From NCBI GenBank assembly GCA_902782835.1, contig CACZOQ010000011.1, forward strand, positions 1 to 38,551: a DNA stretch of 38,551 nucleotides. The letters are read 5' to 3'. The position numbers and the translations under genes are program-made. A model generated the notes under the pieces. That model was not told the DNA's origin and made no database searches. It saw only the letters and a list, made by a program, of their open reading frames with translations. Of this stretch, positions 9,482-17,519 are shown piece after piece (positions within the stretch are counted from its first letter, which is position 1; the number at the start of each line of letters is the position of its first letter). This stretch comes from an uncultured Erysipelotrichaceae bacterium (GTDB lineage: Bacteria > Bacillota_I > Bacilli_A > RF39 > UBA660).

Positions 9482-11113
9482 ATGAAAGTATTAAGTAAAA
9501 AACAAGAAGTATTATTAAAAATAATCTTATGCATATCCATTCCATTCTTTACGATATTATTATCCAATCGATACCAAAAATCCCATATTTTAATTGGTAG
9601 TATTATAGCTTTTATGATTGGAATAATCATAATGAAAAAAATAAAAATAGAGAAAATCAATACAAAATCATTCATTGCTTCTCTCTTTTTCAGTTCTCTT
9701 ACAATAAAAGAATGGTTAGTAGCTTCTGCCGATGTACAAAATAATATTAGTCTTCTTATCAGAATACAAGAAATGCTTTTTCATCGTACATTTTCTTTTA
9801 CAACTACAATGAATTTATTAGGAATAATGGCCTTTCCATTTGCGGTTTTGCTCATTACAATATGGATTGATAAAATGGTAATACCAGGATATCAGTTTTT
9901 AAAAGAGTTATCCAAAACAGAAAAAAGTTACTTACTAATCATGACGATCATTGGAGTGATTCTAAGTATTGGAATTACAAGATATACAACTGCTTTTTCA
10001 AAACCATTCGCTAATAATCAATTACATATCTATGATGTAATCTATACATCAGATTCTGGAGCACTATCCTATGAAAATACGTTTATTGATGCGAGTTATG
10101 AAGAAAATGATATAAGACAACCTATATTTGGAATTATGTCTCTACCATTTTCAATTCCAGCTCTGTTTATTAGTAAATTCTTATTCTTTGTCCAAGATAA
10201 TTTTACGTTCGAAGTATCGATAACAATATTTCAATTTATTTTAACAACCATTACTACAATCTTAATTGCCAGAATGTTAAGTTTAGAAGACAAAGATAAA
10301 AAATATTTATATTTATTATTTAGTTGTAGTTTTCCTTATATGATTTTTAATTTAATCATTGAACAATATGTAATAGCTTTATTCTATGTAATTGTTACAA
10401 TCTATATTCATTATAATAATCCAAATCGATTGAATTATTCCTACATAGGAGCAGTTGGTACATTAATAACATCAGGAATATTATTTCCAATGATTACCAA
10501 ATTTCATTCTGCAAAACAATGGATAAAAGATGTTGGAAAAGTCTTTCTAGCTTTTTGTTCAACATTAATCATTGGAGGACAATTTCCTCAAGTATTACTA
10601 GCGTTTAGACGAATGAAATTTTTATTAAATTCATTTGCGAAAAAAGTAACATTTCCAGAAAAAATCATTCAATATACGAATTTTGTAAAAGGTATATTTT
10701 TTGCAAATACTGGAAATGTAAAAGTAATTAATAAACATTTTTCCTATCAAACAATCGACTTTCAAAAAGCTAGTATAATAGGAATCATAATATTAGGAAT
10801 CATCTTTATTAGTTATCTAATGAATCATCGAAATAAAATGGCTAGATTATCATTCTTATGGGTACTTTTCTCAATAATCATTTTAGTAATTGTAGGATGG
10901 GGTACTGCTGAAAATGGCTTAATTCTATATAGTTTATACTTTGGTTGGGCTTTTCTAATTCTTTATTTCTTATTTTGTTATAAAATTGGAAAAGGGACAA
11001 AGATCTATAAACTGTCAATTATTGTAACATGTATAGGAATGTTAATCGTAAATAGTCAAGAAATGATCAAAATATTAAAATTTGCATTAGAATATTTTAA
11101 GGTGATTCTATGA
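9482..11113 (+). CDS. Polytopic membrane protein, possible GT-C glycosyltransferase
   Basis: About 13 hydrophobic segments and an acidic external loop (DVIYTSDSG...ENDIRQP). Located between the UbiA and HAD genes. Function is inferred from context. Confidence 0.5.
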   Translation: MKVLSKKQEVLLKIILCISIPFFTILLSNRYQKSHILIGSIIAFMIGIIIMKKIKIEKINTKSFIASLFFSSLTIKEWLVASADVQNNISLLIRIQEMLFHRTFSFTTTMNLLGIMAFPFAVLLITIWIDKMVIPGYQFLKELSKTEKSYLLIMTIIGVILSIGITRYTTAFSKPFANNQLHIYDVIYTSDSGALSYENTFIDASYEENDIRQPIFGIMSLPFSIPALFISKFLFFVQDNFTFEVSITIFQFILTTITTILIARMLSLEDKDKKYLYLLFSCSFPYMIFNLIIEQYVIALFYVIVTIYIHYNNPNRLNYSYIGAVGTLITSGILFPMITKFHSAKQWIKDVGKVFLAFCSTLIIGGQFPQVLLAFRRMKFLLNSFAKKVTFPEKIIQYTNFVKGIFFANTGNVKVINKHFSYQTIDFQKASIIGIIILGIIFISYLMNHRNKMARLSFLWVLFSIIILVIVGWGTAENGLILYSLYFGWAFLILYFLFCYKIGKGTKIYKLSIIVTCIGMLIVNSQEMIKILKFALEYFKVIL

Positions 11114-11673
11114 AAATAAACATATATGATTTTGATGGGACTATTTATCATGGAGACTCTTCCATAGATTTTTATAAGTTCTGTATCCATAAAAAGAAAA
11201 AGAATATCTGGAATGTATTTCCAGTAATTGGAAATTATTGCTTATATTTTTTTAAAATAAGAACAAAGACACAAGTAAAAGAAGTGTTCTTTCAATTTTT
11301 AAAAGACATGGATTCCATAGAGGATTTAGTTGAGGAGTTTTGGCAAGAAAATCAAAATAAAATAAAAAAATTCTACAAAAAAAAGAATCATAAACAAGAT
11401 ATTATTATTTCAGCTTCTCCAGAATTCTTATTAAAACCAATCTGTAAACAATTAAAAGTAAAAGATTTGATTGCTAGTAAAGTTGATTCTAAGACCGGTA
11501 AGTTTTTAGAAGATAACTGTAAAGGAGAAGAAAAAGTAAAAAGATTATATCAAAAATATCCAAAAGCAGAAGTAATGGAAGTATATACGGATAGTAAAAG
11601 TGATTTTCCATTAATCGATATCAGTAAAAATGGATATTTTGTTAAAGAAAATGAAATAACAAAAGTAAAATAA
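11110..11673 (+). CDS. HAD-IB family phosphatase
   Basis: Motif I DFDGT, motif II ISASP, motif III CKGEEK, motif IV TDSKSD. ATGA-coupled to the upstream gene. Confidence 0.88.
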   Translation: MKINIYDFDGTIYHGDSSIDFYKFCIHKKKKNIWNVFPVIGNYCLYFFKIRTKTQVKEVFFQFLKDMDSIEDLVEEFWQENQNKIKKFYKKKNHKQDIIISASPEFLLKPICKQLKVKDLIASKVDSKTGKFLEDNCKGEEKVKRLYQKYPKAEVMEVYTDSKSDFPLIDISKNGYFVKENEITKVK

Positions 11674-11696
11674 GAAAGGGATTCCTTTCTTTTTTT
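11672..11696 (+). terminator. Intrinsic terminator ending the glycan operon
   Basis: AAGAAAGG-GATT-CCTTTCTT followed by a T run. Confidence 0.8.
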
Positions 11697-11718
11697 GACT
11701 AGTATTTTTATAAATAAA

Positions 11719-11727
11719 TGATATAAT
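11719..11727 (+). promoter_or_regulatory. Extended -10 sigma-A promoter
   Basis: TGATATAAT upstream of an AAGGAGG RBS and the ATG at 11763. Confidence 0.65.
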
Positions 11728-11762
11728 AAAGCTAGTTAAAGGGGAAAAAGGAGGCTATTATT

Positions 11763-12683
11763 ATGAAAAAATGTACAATAATAATGAATCCAGAGAGTGG
11801 TAAAAAGAAAAAGATTAAAACGTATGAAGAATTTTATGATATTTTAAGAAAATATGGATATGATACAGAAATCATTCTTACCAAAGCAAAAGGGGATGCT
11901 GAAAGAATCATTCAATCATTAGATAATGATGTTGATTTGGTAGTAAGTGGTGGTGGGGATGGAACCCTAAATGAAATTGTTACTGGAAATATGAAACGTC
12001 AAAAAAAACTAATCATAGCTCCACTTCCATTAGGAAGTACCAATGATGTAGGAACAATGTATGGACTTAACAAAAGTGTATATGAGAATCTAGAAATACT
12101 TCTACAAGGAAAAGCCAAAAAAGTAGATATTTGTTATATTAATGATAATCCATTCGTCTATGTAGCTTGCTTAGGAGATTATATCGACATGGCATATAAT
12201 ACTCCACGTAGTTTAAAAAAGAAATATGGCAAAGTAGCTTATCTATTATATGGACTAAGCAAATTTCGTCTTAAAATAAACAATTATAATATTAAATATA
12301 AAATTAATAATGAAGAGTTTTTTGGAACCTATTCATTTATCTTTATATCAAACTCTTCTAGAATAGCAGGTCAACCAGATGTATATTATGATGTAAAGTT
12401 AGATGATAATCGTTTTGAAGTAGCTTTAGCGAATGTAAAGAATTATCGAGAGCTATCAAGACTTTTAGTATTAATCAGTACCGTAGATGTAAAAAACATA
12501 CCAAATGTTACATACTATCAAACTAATCACTTTGAAATTGATTTCTTATCTCCATTAAAATCCTCTTGGTGTATAGATGGAGAAGAATATAAGACAGAAT
12601 CAACTCATTTTGAATTTCGTGTCGAGCAAGGAATGAAAATGTTAATTCCAGAAAAGAGTATAAACAAATTATTTGAAGAATAA
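11763..12683 (+). CDS. Diacylglycerol/lipid kinase, YegS/DagK/BmrU family
   Basis: NPESG, GGGDGTLNE, PLGSTND and IDGE motifs. Confidence 0.9.
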   Translation: MKKCTIIMNPESGKKKKIKTYEEFYDILRKYGYDTEIILTKAKGDAERIIQSLDNDVDLVVSGGGDGTLNEIVTGNMKRQKKLIIAPLPLGSTNDVGTMYGLNKSVYENLEILLQGKAKKVDICYINDNPFVYVACLGDYIDMAYNTPRSLKKKYGKVAYLLYGLSKFRLKINNYNIKYKINNEEFFGTYSFIFISNSSRIAGQPDVYYDVKLDDNRFEVALANVKNYRELSRLLVLISTVDVKNIPNVTYYQTNHFEIDFLSPLKSSWCIDGEEYKTESTHFEFRVEQGMKMLIPEKSINKLFEE

Positions 12684-12700
12684 AAAATAGGGGGAATATT

Positions 12701-13390
12701 ATGAAAAAGAATCATAGTGAAAAACGGCTAATCATAAAAATGTTTCTATGTATCATATACTTAATCATAATAACCTTACTATCTGTTTGTACGTATCATT
12801 TATATCAAAAAGATAATCAAATACTACCATGGTCTGAAGTAAAAGGTACCAAAGATTACTCTTATATGAATATCTCAAAAATGTCAGAAAAGTTTGCGTA
12901 TTATAAAGAACAAGACATTGGAATCCATTTTATCATAGAAGAAGAAGATACTGGTCAGTGGCATACATTTTTAATTGCAATTAAAGAATCTAAGATAGAT
13001 TTATTTCAAGAAATAATTGATTATACCTATGAAAAGACAGAAAAGAGACCAACCCCTATCAAAGTATATGGTTATCCTGTTATCATGAGTCAAGAAATCA
13101 AAGAATTAGCAATAAAAAATATTAATCATTTCATACCTGCAGAAAATGAAGTACAAATAACAGAAGAAAACTTTGAAAGATACTTAACAAATAGTTATTT
13201 AGACACAACCAAGCCAAAAATAAAAAATGTAGACATTCAATTCAGTCTATCTGTATCTTTCTTAATCATTACCATTATTTTACTATTACTAACAATCATC
13301 AATAAAGATAAGATTGTTGATAGTATTATGAATAAAATGGAAAAGGAAAGTATACGTATAAAAAGGAAAAGAAACTACCATAAAAAGTAG
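12701..13390 (+). CDS. Hypothetical membrane protein (two TM helices flanking an external domain)
   Basis: GGGGA RBS; hydrophobic N- and C-terminal helices; no recognised family. Confidence 0.7.
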   Translation: MKKNHSEKRLIIKMFLCIIYLIIITLLSVCTYHLYQKDNQILPWSEVKGTKDYSYMNISKMSEKFAYYKEQDIGIHFIIEEEDTGQWHTFLIAIKESKIDLFQEIIDYTYEKTEKRPTPIKVYGYPVIMSQEIKELAIKNINHFIPAENEVQITEENFERYLTNSYLDTTKPKIKNVDIQFSLSVSFLIITIILLLLTIINKDKIVDSIMNKMEKESIRIKRKRNYHKK

Positions 13391-13399
13391 TTTCTTTTT
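13367..13399 (+). terminator. Intrinsic terminator
   Basis: AAAAGAAACTAC-N8-GTAGTTTCTTTTT, overlapping the stop codon. Confidence 0.75.
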
Positions 13400-13407
13400 A
13401 GATTAAA

Positions 13408-13416
13408 TGGTATAAT
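13408..13416 (+). promoter_or_regulatory. Extended -10 promoter
   Basis: TGGTATAAT about 20 nt upstream of the ATG at 13436. Confidence 0.65.
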
Positions 13417-13435
13417 ATATTTTATAGGATAGAAT

Positions 13436-15763
13436 ATGAAAAAGAGAATCATAAAGACAAATCGTAAAAAAAGAAAAATGATGTTAAGTATAGGCTTAGC
13501 AGTTTTTCTGTTTTTAGGAATTGGTTATTCTACCCTAAGCACGAACTTAAATTTAAATGGAAATATAAAGGTCAAAGAACATGATTATACAATGTATGGC
13601 ATTTTAAGAAAAGCATATAATAATAACGCAGCAAGTCAATACACTCTTGGTAGTAAAGACACAATGACCGGAACACATGATAAACCTGTCTATTATTGGA
13701 AAAATCTAAATGATATAGAAAATAAAATTAATGTTATATTTGGAGACAAATGTTGGCAATTGATGCGAACAACCGATACCGGTGGTGTCAAATTATTATT
13801 TAATGGAAATGTAGAAAATGGAAAATGTTTAAACACTAGAGGAACTCATATAGGATATAATGACTCTTCTGTAATATCTATGGTTTCTAATGCCTATTAT
13901 GGTACTGATTACATATACGACCCTGAAACATCTAAGTTTTCCTTATCAGGAAATCTAGTACAATCTAACTGGAATGAGAGCACATCTTCAGATTTGATAG
14001 GACATTATAGTTGCAACTCAACATCAGATACTGCTACTTGTTCAACTTTATACTCTATGTATGCATATTCAAGTCCATCATCTAGTAGTAATAATAAAAC
14101 AGCAGCTGTTTTAAACATAACCTCAGCAGCAGATTATGATTCAATAGGTAATTTGCCACTTAATTATAATGTCCACTTGAATGGTGAATCATTAGCGAGT
14201 GTGAGTTATATGTTTAATGAATACTACCCAGATACAAGAATTAATATGGAAGGTTACATGGAAATCTCTTCTATGTATTCTATCTTTAGTTATTCTTCAA
14301 AAACTACTATTACAGAAGACAAATGGTTCGCAGATTCAGTATCATATTCAAACCGTTACTATGCATTAGATTCCCCATATCATGTATCTACTGATGTTGA
14401 TCCTACTACAGTAATTGGAAAGTATTTTGCAACAAGCACAAATGGATTATACACTGTAAGTTACATAATTGGTTATGATGGAGAAAGATTAATAACAGTT
14501 ACGATGTCAAACGGAAAAACAATTAGTGATTATGAACCAATAATTGTTGGAGATTCATATACAGATAATGGAGATGGTACATATACTCTACAAAATACCA
14601 ATACTTTATCATTTGTAGAATGGTATAATGATATATATTTTGGTAAATATACCTGTGGGATTAATAAAACAGCATGTGAAAAACCTATGCGTATCGTAAG
14701 TACGCATGATGGAACTAAATTCAGTTATGTTGGATTCCAAGACTCTTTTACTTTGGGAAAGGGAAGAAATAATCTTACTTTAACTGATACAATCACTCTA
14801 AGCACATTTGATCTTATTGCTAATAATACTGCTTACGATGAATACAAATATTTATGCAAGTCTGGAAAAGCCATCTGTGAAAATGCTTCTGATTTAATAA
14901 TGGCCTACCAAGGCTATAACGAAATTACAACCAATGATTATTATAAAGATATCAAGTTTATTAAAAACTATACGTTTGGAAAAAGTGTTACCTGGGATGG
15001 AACAAAGTATACATTAAAAGACACAGTAGGAATGGAATCATATAATAACAATAGTATTATTTCCAATCACCACTTCACATGTAAAGATACAAGTGGAACA
15101 GAATGCGAAAATGTAACATATCTATACTATAGCATGGGTAGTTCTTTCTATTCTTTTGAATTATCAAATGGAAAAACTGGTCCCGATGATATAATCTATG
15201 AAACATTACAACATAATGTTAAAGATTCTGTTTCTAAATATGGAATAGAAAAGTGGTATGAAAGAGAAATGCTAGAATATGACAGCTATTTAGAAAAAGC
15301 CATATTTATTAATAGCAAATATATTAAAAATAGAGCAGGTCTTAATCCAAATGGTTCTGGCGACGATATAAGAGACGTCATTCGCTTTTCATCATTCAAC
15401 GGATCGTCTAGTCCTATTGGTTCACTTTATACAAATTCTAATACTGAAGCTTATAGTGTTGAAAATAGTGAAGCAAGATTAAAGTATTCTATAGGATTAC
15501 CTTCATATAGAGAACTGAGCTTAATGCCATCAACACTAAGACCGAATTATCCAAAAATCTTAACTGCCTCACCATGGGACTATAATAATGGTGAAAGAAT
15601 TATTCTAATGAATTCAACATATACATTATCATATTATTCAGCTGGACAGGCAGCTAGAGTTAGACCTGTTATCTCATTAAAACCAGGAACAACATATACT
15701 TCTGGTACAGGATCACAAGAAGCCCCATATATAGTGGATGCACCACCAATAAACCAACCATAA
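13436..15763 (+). CDS. Large secreted/surface protein with Cys-pair repeats and a DUF6273-like C-terminus
   Basis: Basic N-terminus plus hydrophobic helix; S/T/Y/N-rich; 10 Cys; ends RVRPVISLKPG...GTGSQEAPY. Confidence 0.7.
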   Translation: MKKRIIKTNRKKRKMMLSIGLAVFLFLGIGYSTLSTNLNLNGNIKVKEHDYTMYGILRKAYNNNAASQYTLGSKDTMTGTHDKPVYYWKNLNDIENKINVIFGDKCWQLMRTTDTGGVKLLFNGNVENGKCLNTRGTHIGYNDSSVISMVSNAYYGTDYIYDPETSKFSLSGNLVQSNWNESTSSDLIGHYSCNSTSDTATCSTLYSMYAYSSPSSSSNNKTAAVLNITSAADYDSIGNLPLNYNVHLNGESLASVSYMFNEYYPDTRINMEGYMEISSMYSIFSYSSKTTITEDKWFADSVSYSNRYYALDSPYHVSTDVDPTTVIGKYFATSTNGLYTVSYIIGYDGERLITVTMSNGKTISDYEPIIVGDSYTDNGDGTYTLQNTNTLSFVEWYNDIYFGKYTCGINKTACEKPMRIVSTHDGTKFSYVGFQDSFTLGKGRNNLTLTDTITLSTFDLIANNTAYDEYKYLCKSGKAICENASDLIMAYQGYNEITTNDYYKDIKFIKNYTFGKSVTWDGTKYTLKDTVGMESYNNNSIISNHHFTCKDTSGTECENVTYLYYSMGSSFYSFELSNGKTGPDDIIYETLQHNVKDSVSKYGIEKWYEREMLEYDSYLEKAIFINSKYIKNRAGLNPNGSGDDIRDVIRFSSFNGSSSPIGSLYTNSNTEAYSVENSEARLKYSIGLPSYRELSLMPSTLRPNYPKILTASPWDYNNGERIILMNSTYTLSYYSAGQAARVRPVISLKPGTTYTSGTGSQEAPYIVDAPPINQP

Positions 15764-15775
15764 TGAGATGAACTA

Positions 15776-15784
15776 TGCTATAAT
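15776..15784 (+). promoter_or_regulatory. Extended -10 promoter
   Basis: TGCTATAAT six nt before a GAGGTG RBS. Confidence 0.65.
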
Positions 15785-15802
15785 AAAAAAGAGGTGCATA
15801 TA

Positions 15803-17035
15803 ATGGAATTTACGGAAATAACAGAAAAAGAATATACAAAGTTTTGGGAGAATCATCCCCTTAAAACATTTTTATCGGCTCCTGAAATATCAAAACTAAG
15901 AGAAAAAAGTGGTTGGACTACCTATTATGTTGGAGTAAAAGATAAAAAAAGACTAGTTGCAGCAACGATGCTTTTAGCCCATCCAAGACATTTTCATAAA
16001 TATGAATTTTATTCACCAAGGGGCTATTTATTAGACTTTGAAAATAAAGAGTTAGTAACGTTCTTTACCGAAGAATTAAAAAAATATATAAAAGAAAAAA
16101 AAGGGTATATATTTCGAGTAGATCCCTATCTTATTTATAAAGAAAGGGATATTGATGGTAATATAGTAGAAAATGGAATTGACCATTCTGATATAGTAGA
16201 ACATTTAAAGTCTTTAGGTTTTAAAAAGGTACCAACTCCTCAAATGGAACAAGTAGGTTGGATGTTTTCACTAGGTTTAGATGGAAAAACAGAAGAACAA
16301 ATTTTAAAAGAAATGAAACCGAATACAAGAAATACCATTCGGAAAGCAGAGAAGTTTGGAATTACTGTGAATGAAATCACTTATGATGAATTAGATCGGT
16401 TTCAAAGTATCATGGAAGAAACTTCAAAACGAAAAGGTTTTTCCAATCGTAAACTATCTTATTATCAAGAAATGTATAAATTATTTCATGATAAAGAAGA
16501 AGTTAAATTCTTTATTACGGAATTAAATCTAAAAGAATATATTCATCGCCTAGAAGAAGAGAAGAAAGAAAAAGAAGAAAAAATTAAGAGTTTAAGTGAT
16601 GCGAAATACAATGAAGGGGCCAAAAAGAATTTAACCAATGAAATAGAATCCATTAATAAAAGAATACAAGAGTCAGAAGAAATCATAAAAGAAAAAAATA
16701 CCGATATTATTACCTTATCAGGATCCATGTTTATGTTAATACAACCTGAAGTAATCTATCTTTCTAGTGGAAACTATGAAGAATTTATGAAGTTTAATTC
16801 ACAATATTTAATACAATGGGAATTAATAAAATATGGAATTGAAAAAGGTTTTAAAAAACATAATTTTTATGGAATACCAGAAAACATTAATGAACATCCT
16901 AAAGATTATGGAATTTATGAATTTAAAAGAGGGTTTAATGGCTATGTAGAAGAATTAATAGGAGAATATGAACTTCCTATTACATGGCATTTTCAATTAA
17001 TAAAAATGATTCATAAAATGAAAGGAGAAAAATAA
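15803..17035 (+). CDS. FemABX/MurMN peptidoglycan interpeptide-bridge aminoacyltransferase
   Basis: YSPRGYLLDF, FRVDPY, a coiled-coil insert, HNFYGI and GIYEFKRGFNG..ELIGEY. Start moved to the ATG at 15803, after GAGGTG. Confidence 0.9.
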   Translation: MEFTEITEKEYTKFWENHPLKTFLSAPEISKLREKSGWTTYYVGVKDKKRLVAATMLLAHPRHFHKYEFYSPRGYLLDFENKELVTFFTEELKKYIKEKKGYIFRVDPYLIYKERDIDGNIVENGIDHSDIVEHLKSLGFKKVPTPQMEQVGWMFSLGLDGKTEEQILKEMKPNTRNTIRKAEKFGITVNEITYDELDRFQSIMEETSKRKGFSNRKLSYYQEMYKLFHDKEEVKFFITELNLKEYIHRLEEEKKEKEEKIKSLSDAKYNEGAKKNLTNEIESINKRIQESEEIIKEKNTDIITLSGSMFMLIQPEVIYLSSGNYEEFMKFNSQYLIQWELIKYGIEKGFKKHNFYGIPENINEHPKDYGIYEFKRGFNGYVEELIGEYELPITWHFQLIKMIHKMKGEK

Positions 17036-17281
17036 ATGCATAAGACATATAAGACAAAGGGAACATGTTCTGTACAAATAGATTATGATATAGAAGATAA
17101 TAAAATCCATAATGTACAATTTTTAGGTGGTTGTAATGGAAATCTAAAAGGAATAGCAGCCTTAGTAGAAGGGCAAAACAAAGAGGAAGTAATTCAAAAA
17201 CTAAAAGGGATTAAATGTGGATTTAAACTAACATCTTGCCCAGATCAATTAGCCAAAGCTTTAGAAGAGAGTAATGAATAA
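17036..17281 (+). CDS. TIGR03905 family TSCPD-domain protein
   Basis: YKTKGTCS, GGCNGNLKGI and CG..TSCPDQLA motifs. Confidence 0.9.
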   Translation: MHKTYKTKGTCSVQIDYDIEDNKIHNVQFLGGCNGNLKGIAALVEGQNKEEVIQKLKGIKCGFKLTSCPDQLAKALEESNE

Positions 17282-17308
17282 CTCCCTTTTTTAGTGAAAA
17301 AATAAAAC

Positions 17309-17337
17309 TTGCTTTTTTTCGTAAAATAGAGTATTCT
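17309..17337 (+). promoter_or_regulatory. Sigma-A promoter for the leader-permease-upp transcript
   Basis: TTGCTT-17 bp-TATTCT. Confidence 0.6.
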
Positions 17338-17357
17338 CATATTAAGGGTGTGAGAGT

Positions 17358-17444
17358 ATGAGTATGAAAGAAGTATTTAAAATGACTATTCAAAATACAA
17401 AAGCTGTTTCTTTCTTATTCGTATTATCAGCTATTTCTTTATAA
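17358..17444 (+). CDS. Putative 28-aa leader peptide MSMKEVFKMTIQNTKAVSFLFVLSAISL
   Basis: AAGGGTG RBS-like sequence before the ATG; T-rich 3' half; stop codon 3 nt before an attenuator-like hairpin. Confidence 0.55.
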   Translation: MSMKEVFKMTIQNTKAVSFLFVLSAISL

Positions 17445-17447
17445 TTC

Positions 17448-17485
17448 AAAAAGAAGGTATTTTATTGGAAATTCCTTCTTTTTTT
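17448..17485 (+). terminator. Leader terminator (attenuator) upstream of the uracil permease
   Basis: AAAAAGAAGG (17448-57) pairs with CCTTCTTTTT (17474-83), with an extended inner stem and a 7-T tract. Confidence 0.75.
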
Positions 17486-17519
17486 GTAGAGAAAACCCTA
17501 TTTGAGAGGAGTGAATAAA

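Noticed and set aside
11695-11739. TTGACTAGT...GCTAGTTAA inverted repeat around a -10 box as an invertible promoter
   Set aside because: Only a 7/9 match in AT-rich DNA, and no recombinase nearby.
15550-15763. C-terminus of the surface protein as a DGR variable region
   Set aside because: No reverse transcriptase and no second, adenine-variant copy (template repeat) was seen in the window.
17340-17500. PyrR-binding attenuator or known riboswitch
   Set aside because: The conserved PyrR loop sequence and recognisable riboswitch cores are absent.
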